From Muribaculaceae bacterium (GTDB lineage: Bacteria; Bacteroidota; Bacteroidia; Bacteroidales; Muribaculaceae), in contig JAFZUL010000146.1 of NCBI GenBank assembly GCA_017618355.1, positions 4,704 through 68,703 of the forward strand: DNA of 64,000 nt, written 5' to 3'. The first letter of the stretch is position 1, and each line of letters begins with the position of its first letter. The translations under genes and the position numbers were made by a program. This document shows positions 41,285 to 49,328 of the stretch, in pieces. The notes beneath the pieces were generated by a model. The model saw nothing but the letters and a program-made list of their open reading frames with translations, searched no databases and was not told the origin of the DNA.

Positions 41285-41346
41285 TCAAATATAAATTTAT
41301 AGGAATCTCATTAATACTATAATCGCATTTTTCTCGTTATTAAATA

Positions 41347-42381
41347 ATGACAATGATATTTAAGACCAAAAATATAATCTCGTTACTGCTCTTGGCTGTT
41401 GGAGTTTTCGCAGCTAACGCCCAAGACGGCACCACGGCCTACCAGTTCTTGAATGTGCCTGTATCGTCGCATGTTTACGCCCTGGGTGGGCATAACATTA
41501 CTATCATCGACGACGACATCAACCTCGTCGAGCAGAACCCCGCGCTTCTGGGCAAGGAGTTTGATCACCAGGTGGGACTGAACTATATGCGTTATATTGG
41601 CGGCACCAACTTCATGGGGGCACGCTATGGTCAGGGAGTGGGCGCGCATGGAGCGGCGGGAGCTGCAATTCAGTATTTTGGCTATGGCAAGATGAATTCC
41701 ACCGATGCCAGCGGAGCTATCCTTGGCGAGTTCAGCGCCAGCGACTTGGCGTTCACACTCACCTACTCTCACGACATCAGCGACCGCCTGCGTGGTGGTA
41801 TCAACCTCAAGTATGTCCACTCCAGTTACGAGACCTACTCGGCTGGTGCCATCGCCGTAGATTTAGGTGTCAACTACTACAACCCCGACAAAGACCTCTC
41901 TCTCTCGCTCGTGTTAAAGAACCTGGGAGGTCAGGTCAAGAAATTCAACGACACGCGCGACAAGCTGCCGTGGGACATCCAACTGGGTTTCAGCAAGGGG
42001 CTAGGCTCAACACCGTTCCGACTCTCGGTCACAGCCTATAACCTCACAAAATGGAAGCTCCCCTACTACGAGCCTGCCGACAAGAACAACACATCGAGCG
42101 ATTTGGTTGAGAGAGACAAGTTTGCCAGCAATCTCTTCCGCCACCTTGTTTTCGGCATCGAATACCTGCCATCGAGCAACATCTACATCGCCGCGGGCTA
42201 CAACTACAAGACACGCACCGACATGAGCACCTACAAGCGCAACTTCCTGTCGGGATTCTCCATTGGCGGAGGCATGAAAGTCAAAGCCTTCGGCTTCGGA
42301 GTTGCCTTTGCACAACCCCACACAGGCGCCACCACATTCATGGTAAACCTCACCACCTCGATTGGAGAGCTGATGAGATGA
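41347..42381 (+). CDS. porQ: Type IX secretion system protein PorQ
   Basis: YQFLNVPVSSHVYALGG, NPALL, KNLGGQ and FRHLVFG motifs; PorV/PorQ-type barrel. Confidence 0.85.
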   Translation: MTMIFKTKNIISLLLLAVGVFAANAQDGTTAYQFLNVPVSSHVYALGGHNITIIDDDINLVEQNPALLGKEFDHQVGLNYMRYIGGTNFMGARYGQGVGAHGAAGAAIQYFGYGKMNSTDASGAILGEFSASDLAFTLTYSHDISDRLRGGINLKYVHSSYETYSAGAIAVDLGVNYYNPDKDLSLSLVLKNLGGQVKKFNDTRDKLPWDIQLGFSKGLGSTPFRLSVTAYNLTKWKLPYYEPADKNNTSSDLVERDKFASNLFRHLVFGIEYLPSSNIYIAAGYNYKTRTDMSTYKRNFLSGFSIGGGMKVKAFGFGVAFAQPHTGATTFMVNLTTSIGELMR

Positions 42382-42613
42382 TTTATTAAAATGCAGAATG
42401 CATAATTGGGCTACGCTTTAATTCACCCCCACACAGAAATTAGACAGAAGAACATAAGCCTTCACAAGAACATAATTTTGTTTTAAACGACCTTAATTAC
42501 CAAAAGAGCGCAAAAAAGTAGCGTGGGGGAATTGTCCTTAATCCCCCCACGCGTAGTGTTCCCTAATTACTAATCGTTGCGTAGCACCAACTAATCTCTT
42601 TAACCGAGATCGG

Positions 42614-43096
42614 TTATTCAAGTATGAATTTCACTGGGAGGGTGTATAGTACTCGCACTGCGGCATGGTCTTGGTCATAGCCTGGGATAAAGTGTTTCAT
42701 CCGCTTCACCACACGCACAGCCTCGTTGTCGAGGGCTTTATCAACGCTCTTTACTACTTTCACGTTGCTTATGGCACCCGATTTCTCCACAACAAACTGC
42801 AACACCACAGTTCCCTGAACGCCGTTCTTCTCGGCACTTTTAGGGTACTTGATATTCTCGGAGAGAAACTTCATAAGTCCTTCATTTCCGCCAGGATATT
42901 CGGGTGGGTACTTGGCATTATCATACTCCATAACGCCATCATAGTCACCCTCTAACGACTCAAATCCCTTTGGTTCGGGCTGCACGATAGTCTTCTTTGT
43001 TGCACGCTTGTAGGTGCGGCGTTTCTTCTTGGCGTCGGCATTAAATCCTGCCACGCACACCACAAGTGCAAGCAATATCAATATATATCGTTTCAT
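42614..43096 (-). CDS. TonB C-terminal domain protein
   Basis: PEYPGG, NIKYP, QGTVVLQFVVEKSG, LDNEAVRVV. Confidence 0.85.
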   Translation of the reverse strand: MKRYILILLALVVCVAGFNADAKKKRRTYKRATKKTIVQPEPKGFESLEGDYDGVMEYDNAKYPPEYPGGNEGLMKFLSENIKYPKSAEKNGVQGTVVLQFVVEKSGAISNVKVVKSVDKALDNEAVRVVKRMKHFIPGYDQDHAAVRVLYTLPVKFILE

Positions 43097-43101
43097 AAGA
43101 T

Positions 43102-43222
43102 GTTAGTTATTAGTTTTTAGTTATTAGTTATTAGTTTATCAAATGCTCTGTTTATAGTGGTTGTAGTGCATCAAATCCCACCACGGTATTCGATAAACGA
43201 TAAACCATAAACGATAAACGAA
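43102..43222. repeat. Heptamer arrays (TTAGTTA and AACGATA) with no gene between them
   Basis: gttagttattagtttttagttattagttattagtttatc ... cgataaacgataaaccataaacgataaacg. Confidence 0.75.
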
Positions 43223-44362
43223 TTAATAAATCTCGTCGTCTCCTGCTTGCTTGATTTCCTCGTCGGTGAGTTTGGTGTAGTCCATTTTGCGCCATACCCA
43301 CACGATGTAGGCAAGGACAAATGGCACAAGCAGCGACACATAGCTCATGGCTGTGAGCGTGAACTCCGAGGATGAGCTATTGGCAAGCGTGAGAGAGTGC
43401 TGCACGTCTTGCAACGAGGGATAATAGGCAGTGTGGTTGTAGCCCACTACCCAGAACAGACTCATCACCACAAGCACCACGCCGATGCCAGCCCACCAGA
43501 TGCCTTTCTTGTAGGTCTTCTTGAGCAGCGATTTGATGATGCCGTTGAGCACCATCGCCACGCCAAAGAGCAAAGCGCCAAGCGCCCACCACATCTGCAC
43601 ATAGTTGGTGAGATACTTGTTTGGCACCCAAATGGCATTTCCAGCATCGTCAACCTCCACTCCTTGCGAGGTGAGAATCACTGCCACCACAGCCAGGAAG
43701 AGCACCACAAAGATTGTAGAGTTGATAAACAGGCGCTTGTGCTGGTTGCGCTGCACCTCGTCGTCGTTGATGTTGTTGATGAAGTAGAGCGATGCCAGTG
43801 TGCGAGCCAGATAGAACACCATAAAGCCAAAGAGCAGGTTCTTCCAGCAGGCTATCGCCTCGAGGCCATGATGTGGACCCCATTTCGAGATTGTGGCGGC
43901 CTGAGCGTCGAGGATATTGGTCTTCTCAACGGTGAAATCGGCACCAAAGAACATTCCTGCCACTGCCACGCCGAGCAGCACAGGACCGGCAAAGCCATTT
44001 ATTAATAATAAGGTGTCATAGAACTTTGTACCATACACGTTGCCGTGCTTGGTGCGGTACTCATAGGCAACAGCCTGAACAACAAAGCTGAAAAGGATGA
44101 GAATCCACAGCCAGTAGGCACCGCCAAAGCTGGTGCTGTAGAACAGCGGGAACGAGGCGAAGAACGCTCCGCCAAAGGTCACAAGAGTGGTGAAGGTGAG
44201 TTCCCATTTGCGCCCAAGCGAGTTGATGAGCAATGGGCGTTTCTCTTTCTTGGTAGTGATGAGCATCGATTGGCCGCCCTGCACAAAGAGCAGGAACACC
44301 AGCAGTGCGCCAAGCACCGACATTATCAGCCACCAGTAGTTTTGTAACATTTCGTGTGTCAT
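43223..44362 (-). CDS. cydB: Cytochrome bd ubiquinol oxidase subunit II
   Basis: LQNYWW, FVQGGQ, GRKWELTFTTLVTFGGAFFASFP (Bacteroidales CydB). Confidence 0.95.
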   Translation of the reverse strand: MTHEMLQNYWWLIMSVLGALLVFLLFVQGGQSMLITTKKEKRPLLINSLGRKWELTFTTLVTFGGAFFASFPLFYSTSFGGAYWLWILILFSFVVQAVAYEYRTKHGNVYGTKFYDTLLLINGFAGPVLLGVAVAGMFFGADFTVEKTNILDAQAATISKWGPHHGLEAIACWKNLLFGFMVFYLARTLASLYFINNINDDEVQRNQHKRLFINSTIFVVLFLAVVAVILTSQGVEVDDAGNAIWVPNKYLTNYVQMWWALGALLFGVAMVLNGIIKSLLKKTYKKGIWWAGIGVVLVVMSLFWVVGYNHTAYYPSLQDVQHSLTLANSSSSEFTLTAMSYVSLLVPFVLAYIVWVWRKMDYTKLTDEEIKQAGDDEIY

Positions 44363-44380
44363 AGTTGTGTCCTCCTCTTT

Positions 44381-45967
44381 TTATTTTGTTTCTACTACAT
44401 TAAGGTCGGTCTTCGATTTCTTGGAAATCTGCTTGCAGATGATGCTGATGTCGGCTATGAGCAGTGCCGTGAACACCACAGCAAAGATCCAGAAGGTGGT
44501 CTGCACATACCCAGCCGAGAGGTCGCTGATGGCAACCTTGTTGGGCATCAGGTCTTGAATAGTCCATGGCTGGCGGCCCACTTCGGCGACTATCCAACCG
44601 CACATCGAGCACAAGTAAGTGAGCGGAATGGTGAGAATGGCGAGCCAATAAGCGGGTTTTGCCAGTTTCTCCTTCCAGGGAATCCACTTAGGCTTGTAGA
44701 TAAGCAGCAATACCACTATAAAGAACAGCACCAGATAACCGCCAATGGTCACCATCAGGTGGAAGGTGTAGAACGTCAAGGGCACGTTGGGCACCGCTTC
44801 CTCGGGCTTGTCGAGATAGGCATATCCCAGATACTTGAAGTTCTCATCTATATCTTTTGCCAGCCCCTGCATGGTGATGCTGTCGCCGATTTTTTGCGCC
44901 TCCTGATATACTCCGAGCGCGTCTTTCGCCTTCTTTCCTTGCTCTATGCGGTCGGCATAAGACTTGGTGTCAATCTCTTTACCATCGGCATCCATCGACT
45001 TTCCGTCGATAATATCCTCGATGCCAGGAACAAAGGCGTTGAAATCGTGAGTGGCAAGGAAGGCGAGGCCGTGAGGAATGGAGATGTCAAAGAGATAGGG
45101 GTCGATGCTGTCGCCAATCTCCTTCGATGGGTTGAGAATGCCAAACGCCACAATCGCCTGACCTTGCTCGCCCTTGTAGAGACCCTCCATAGCGGCGAGT
45201 TTCATGGGCTGATGCTTGGCGACCTGAACTGCCGAGGTGTCGCCGCTGATGCTGGTGAGGACTATGCCAATGAGTCCTACCCAGCCACCAACCTTGAGGC
45301 TACGCATCACATGGTCGCGGTTGCGCTTTTTCAGGAGCAGCCATCCGCACACGCCCACCACAAAGGCTCCACTGAGTGCCCAAGCGCTAGTCACGGTGTG
45401 GAACACCTTTGCCATAGCCATTGGTGAGAACGCCACTTCCCAGAAGTTGGTCATCTCGTTGCGCATGGTCTCGGGGTTGAAGGTACAGCCAGCGGGATAT
45501 TGCATCCAAGAGTTTGCGACAAGAATCCACAACGCCGAAATGCTGGCTCCTAAGGCCGTCAGCCATGTTGCTGCAAGGTGGAACTTGGGCGACACCTTCT
45601 TCCAACCGAAGAACATCACGGCGATGAACGTCGATTCCATGAAGAAGGCGAGAATACCCTCGATTGCCAGCGGAGCGCCGAAGATGTCGCCCACAAACCA
45701 GCTATAGTTTGACCAGTTAGTGCCAAACTCAAACTCGAGGATTATGCCCGTTGCCACGCCAATAGCGAAGTTCACGCCAAAGACGGTCATCCAAAACTTG
45801 GTGGTGGCGAGCCATTTCTCGTCGCGAGTGCGATAATAGATGGTCTCCATCACACCGATTATTACTCCCAGTCCTAAGGTCAACGGCACGAACAGCCAGT
45901 GGTAACAGGCTGTCAGCGCAAATTGCGCCCTCGACCAATCGACAACTGTCATTAATAAATCACCCAT
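44381..45967 (-). CDS. cydA: Cytochrome bd ubiquinol oxidase subunit I
   Basis: SRAQFA..YHWLFVPLT, EFEFGTNW, QPMKLAAMEG, EVGRQPW. Confidence 0.97.
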   Translation of the reverse strand: MGDLLMTVVDWSRAQFALTACYHWLFVPLTLGLGVIIGVMETIYYRTRDEKWLATTKFWMTVFGVNFAIGVATGIILEFEFGTNWSNYSWFVGDIFGAPLAIEGILAFFMESTFIAVMFFGWKKVSPKFHLAATWLTALGASISALWILVANSWMQYPAGCTFNPETMRNEMTNFWEVAFSPMAMAKVFHTVTSAWALSGAFVVGVCGWLLLKKRNRDHVMRSLKVGGWVGLIGIVLTSISGDTSAVQVAKHQPMKLAAMEGLYKGEQGQAIVAFGILNPSKEIGDSIDPYLFDISIPHGLAFLATHDFNAFVPGIEDIIDGKSMDADGKEIDTKSYADRIEQGKKAKDALGVYQEAQKIGDSITMQGLAKDIDENFKYLGYAYLDKPEEAVPNVPLTFYTFHLMVTIGGYLVLFFIVVLLLIYKPKWIPWKEKLAKPAYWLAILTIPLTYLCSMCGWIVAEVGRQPWTIQDLMPNKVAISDLSAGYVQTTFWIFAVVFTALLIADISIICKQISKKSKTDLNVVETK

Positions 45968-46020
45968 GATAGTTATTACATGATAGTTATTAGTTAATAG
46001 TTTATAGTTCTTAGTTTTTA

Positions 46021-46044
46021 GTAGGGACGAGACCTGTCTCGTCC
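46021..46044 (+). repeat. GTAG-type REP-like palindrome
   Basis: GTAG-GGACGAGAC-CT-GTCTCGTCC, flanked by heptamer arrays. Confidence 0.6.
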
Positions 46045-46068
46045 GTTCCTTGATTCACGATCCCCGAG

Positions 46069-46296
46069 TCACGATCCCCGCTCCACGAGCTGCTCTCGCA
46101 CGTATTGCGCTTTGCCTTCATCGGTGTCGCTTTTAGAGGAGAGGAAGTTGGGGAAGAACAGTATCTTGATGATTACAAAGAAAATAAAGAGCTTGATGGC
46201 AATGATGAGCCACAAAGTCTTGCCCACCGTCATCGAGCGGAAGCCATCAACATAAAGGTCCACCGCCCTTGCCCAAAAGCCCTTTTTTCCCTGCAT
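46069..46296 (-). CDS. DUF4492 protein (cydAB-associated)
   Basis: LYVDGFRSMTVGKTLW..I.IKLFI.F....FFPNFL; position upstream of cydA. Confidence 0.9.
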   Translation of the reverse strand: MQGKKGFWARAVDLYVDGFRSMTVGKTLWLIIAIKLFIFFVIIKILFFPNFLSSKSDTDEGKAQYVREQLVERGS

Positions 46297-46323
46297 ATAT
46301 TAGTTTTTAAAGAATGTAGTTTG

Positions 46324-46372
46324 CAAATATACTAAAAGTTACCCAAAGGTAAATTACCCTAAGGTAACTTTT
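46324..46372 (-). promoter_or_regulatory. cyd operon promoter with twin palindromic operator
   Basis: -7 box TATATTTG at 46324-46331; TTACC-N4-GGTAA boxes at 46339-46352 and 46354-46367. Confidence 0.6.
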
Positions 46373-46403
46373 TTTGAAAAATGTGAATCGAGACATCTAA
46401 TCC

Positions 46404-46465
46404 CTAATCGTTGCGCAGCAGCAACACCTAATCGTGCGAAGCACACCTTATCGTTGCGCAGCAAC
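46404..46465 (+). repeat. Triplet of CT(A/T)ATCG-(T)TGCGNAGCA mini-hairpin repeats
   Basis: Three copies; related copies at 2339-2357 (minus strand) and 42570-42588. Confidence 0.75.
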
Positions 46466-46478
46466 TAGATTCTCTAAC

Positions 46479-47459
46479 TTATTTCGAGAGACGCGATATT
46501 GTGTCAAGCAATTCGCGGTCGATAGACTTCTCGTATTTGATGGCTTTACTGAAAGGCACATAAACCATTTTTTCGTCATCGTCGCCAATCATCACGTTGC
46601 GCTGACCTTCGACAAGAGCGTTGACGGCAGCAGCACCCATACACGATGCGAGAATGCGGTCTTGTGCTGTGGGTGAACCACCACGCTGCAAGTGACCAAG
46701 AATAGTCACACGCACGTCATACTGAGGAAACTCTTTTCGCACGCGTTCAGCAAGCTGCATCGCTCCGCCAGTGACAGGGTTCTCGGCAACAAGCACTATC
46801 GACGACTTCTTGGTGGTGCGGAATCCGTGCTCGATGAGTTTCGCAAGCTGGTCCCCCTCTATAGCAAGTTCGGGGATAATGGCAGCCTCGGCTCCACCGG
46901 CAATGGCGCCATAAAGTGCGAGGAAGCTGGCTTCACGACCCATCACCTCGATGAAGAACAAGCGTTCGTGGCTGTTGGCGGTGTCGCGTATGCGATCCAC
47001 GCACCACATGATGGTGTTGAGAGCTGTGTCATAACCGATGGTGTGGTCGGTGCCGTAAAGGTCGTTGTCGATGGTACCTGGAATGCCCACGATGGGCACG
47101 TCAAACTCACTGGCAAACTGCTTAGCTCCTGTGAGAGTGCCATCGCCACCAATCACTATCAACGCGTCAATGCCATGCTTGCGCATGTTATCGTAAGCCT
47201 TCTGGCGACCTTCGGGGGTCATAAACTCCTTGCACCGTGCGGTGCGCAGGATAGTTCCGCCACGATGAATGATATTCGACACATCCTCGGCATGGAAATC
47301 GACAATCTCATCCTCAACTAGACCGCGATAACCACGATAGATGCCTTTCACGTTAAATTTGTTGTAAATTGCAGCGCGTGTCACCGCCCTGATAGCGGCA
47401 TTCATGCCAGGAGAATCCCCTCCCGAAGTCAACACGCCAATTGTCTTAATCTTTGCCAT
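46479..47459 (-). CDS. pfkA: ATP-dependent 6-phosphofructokinase
   Basis: [27 protein letters not shown] and GHLQRGG motifs; start corrected to MAKIK. Confidence 0.97.
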   Translation of the reverse strand: MAKIKTIGVLTSGGDSPGMNAAIRAVTRAAIYNKFNVKGIYRGYRGLVEDEIVDFHAEDVSNIIHRGGTILRTARCKEFMTPEGRQKAYDNMRKHGIDALIVIGGDGTLTGAKQFASEFDVPIVGIPGTIDNDLYGTDHTIGYDTALNTIMWCVDRIRDTANSHERLFFIEVMGREASFLALYGAIAGGAEAAIIPELAIEGDQLAKLIEHGFRTTKKSSIVLVAENPVTGGAMQLAERVRKEFPQYDVRVTILGHLQRGGSPTAQDRILASCMGAAAVNALVEGQRNVMIGDDDEKMVYVPFSKAIKYEKSIDRELLDTISRLSK

Positions 47460-47466
47460 TTTTTCT

Positions 47467-47991
47467 AAAATGCATAATTCATAATGCACAATGCACAATC
47501 TCGAATGCGAAATGCAAAATGAATGGTTAATTATTTTTGTTTGTTATTCTCAAAGGTGGTTTTTACTATTGCCATGAGAATTCTTATTAACTCACGACAG
47601 TCGGCAAGCATTTCTTCGCCTTCGTCAAAAGGGATATACTCACTTTCTTGCATTAATTCAAGCCAATACTCTGTCTCGCTAGCTTCCTTTAAAGAAATAT
47701 TCATCTTCATACCAAAGTCAGCATCACTTTGACCTCTAATAGCTTCTTTCACATTTGCACCTATGCTTGTGGCAGAACGCAAAAACTGTTTAGACAACAC
47801 ATATTCGTGCTCTTCTTCAATCATATAACGATAAAGCTTTATCGAGCGCAAAGCAAAAGTTTTGCTCTTCATTACAATAATATTATCATTATCTTTTTTC
47901 ATTTTTTATTCATTCACGATTAAAGAATTAAACATTGTCCATTATTCATTATTTGTGCATTGTGCATTGTGCATTACGCATTGTGCATTTA
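47467..47991. mobile_element. Putative single-gene cassette: four-helix-bundle gene with inverted ATGCACA heptamer arms
   Basis: Left arm aatgcataattcataatgcacaatgcacaat (from 47469); right arm ttgtgcattgtgcattgtgcattacgcattgtgcattt (47953-47990); AT-rich ORF between; mobility is inferred. Confidence 0.5.
47531..47902 (-). CDS. Four helix bundle protein (23S rRNA IVP/TIGR02436 family)
   Basis: [43 protein letters not shown]. Confidence 0.93.
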   Translation of the reverse strand: MKKDNDNIIVMKSKTFALRSIKLYRYMIEEEHEYVLSKQFLRSATSIGANVKEAIRGQSDADFGMKMNISLKEASETEYWLELMQESEYIPFDEGEEMLADCRELIRILMAIVKTTFENNKQK

Positions 47992-48715
47992 TGCCAGTGT
48001 AGATTGAGCAGGTGCCAAAGGTCATGCGTTTCACTTTGCAGTTTTTGAAGCCTGCTTGCCGCATTATGGCGAGCATGTCATCGCCTTGGGGCACGGCGGC
48101 GATGCTCTGAGGCAGGTAGCGGTAAGCGCTCTTGTCGTGCGACTTCAACGCACCAAACCACGGGATTATGTGCAAAGTGTAGAGGTCGTAGAACCACCGC
48201 ACCACACGGTTGCGAGGCGTGGAAAGCTCTATCACGCAGAGCATTCCTCCTGGCGCTAGCACACGGCACATCTGCTCATAGCCTTGCTGCAGATGTTCGA
48301 AGTTACGCACGCCAAAAGCCACTGTAACCGCGTCAAACTCGCCGTCCTTGAATGGCAGAGCCAGACAGTCGCCCTGCTGCACGGTTATGGCATTGCCAAG
48401 TCCGCGCTTTGCAATCTTTTTGCGTGCCACGTCGAGCATTCCCTGTGACAGGTCGATGCCCACCACAACCTCTGGTTTCATCTTGTTATAAAGCCCAATA
48501 GCAAAGTCGCCAGTGCCTGTCGCCACGTCGAGAATGCGGCGCGGATGACACTTGCTCACCATTTTCACCGCCACGCGCCGCCACCACCGATCGATGCCCA
48601 GCGTCATGGCACGGTTCATGAAGTCGTAGGCAGGAGCAATGCTGTCAAACATCTCCTCCACCTGCCGGGCCTTCTCCCCCTCACTGCTATATGGCTTTAT
48701 CTCCTCAACCTTCAT
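47942..48715 (-). CDS. menG: Demethylmenaquinone methyltransferase UbiE/MenG
   Basis: MFDSIAPAYDFMN, LDVATGTGD, AFGVRNF and AYRYLP motifs; last ~15 aa are encoded by the heptamer array. Confidence 0.94.
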   Translation of the reverse strand: MKVEEIKPYSSEGEKARQVEEMFDSIAPAYDFMNRAMTLGIDRWWRRVAVKMVSKCHPRRILDVATGTGDFAIGLYNKMKPEVVVGIDLSQGMLDVARKKIAKRGLGNAITVQQGDCLALPFKDGEFDAVTVAFGVRNFEHLQQGYEQMCRVLAPGGMLCVIELSTPRNRVVRWFYDLYTLHIIPWFGALKSHDKSAYRYLPQSIAAVPQGDDMLAIMRQAGFKNCKVKRMTFGTCSIYTGINAQCVMHNAQCTNNE

Positions 48716-48733
48716 CTGTTCTTTTTTACCTAA

Positions 48734-49233
48734 TTAGACATAAGAACATAAGTTTTTACATAAGTTACATAATATAATAATTATTGTCAATCTTGTGTAA
48801 ATTATTCTTTTGGTCTATATACGCGATACTTTCGCCTAATCTGTATCTTATTTTCATTGCCAAAGTTTATCAGCAATCCGTTATCAATGCCTGTTGCAGT
48901 TAAATAGTTAACCAATTGTGCTTGATGCGCCTCATTGATATTTTGCACAGCTTTCAACTCTATTATGACACAGTTTTCAACAAAGATATCAGCAATAAAC
49001 TCACCAACCACTTTATCATCATATTTTACTATAATGGATGATTGTTGCTTTGCGCTAATCCCTGCTTTTGAAAGTTCAATCATCAACGCATTCTCATATA
49101 CTTTTTCGGTATATCCTGGTGACAGAGCCTTTCTTACAATATTAGCGCAATCTAATATATCACTTATTAAATTCTCAATATCCATAAAAAATTTATTTCT
49201 GTTCTTATGAAAATTTTATGTTCTTATGTCTAA
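48734..49233. mobile_element. Putative single-gene cassette: GxxExxY gene with perfect 18-bp terminal inverted repeats
   Basis: TTAGACATAAGAACATAA (48734-48751) and TTATGTTCTTATGTCTAA (49216-49233); mobility is inferred. Confidence 0.55.
48802..49185 (-). CDS. GxxExxY protein (PD-(D/E)xK nuclease-like)
   Basis: PGYTEKVY, ADIFVE..IIELKAV, QLVNYL and GLLINFG motifs. Confidence 0.93.
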   Translation of the reverse strand: MDIENLISDILDCANIVRKALSPGYTEKVYENALMIELSKAGISAKQQSSIIVKYDDKVVGEFIADIFVENCVIIELKAVQNINEAHQAQLVNYLTATGIDNGLLINFGNENKIQIRRKYRVYRPKE

Positions 49234-49240
49234 AAAAACA

Positions 49241-49323
49241 GCGGGCGCAGCCATTTAATATCTTTTGTTCTTTTGTCTAAAAAAGCGGGCGCAGCCATTT
49301 GATATCTTTTGTTCTTTTGTCTA
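49241..49323. repeat. 39-bp direct repeat x2 (44-bp period) containing TIR-like unit and GGC-GCA-GCC hairpin
   Basis: gcgggcgcagccattt(a/g)atatcttttgttcttttgtcta at 49241-49279 and 49285-49323. Confidence 0.9.
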
Positions 49324-49328
49324 TTAAG

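Noticed and set aside
44354-45427. 357-aa + strand ORF, and similar antisense ORFs over pfkA, pruA, arcB and the 1602-aa gene
   Set aside because: They lie entirely opposite confidently identified genes.
47531-47902. Four-helix-bundle gene as Avd of a diversity-generating retroelement
   Set aside because: I saw no reverse transcriptase and no TR/VR pair with adenine-specific mismatches in the window.
49241-49323. Direct repeats as a CRISPR mini-array
   Set aside because: Only two copies separated by about 5 bp, with no unique spacers and no cas genes.
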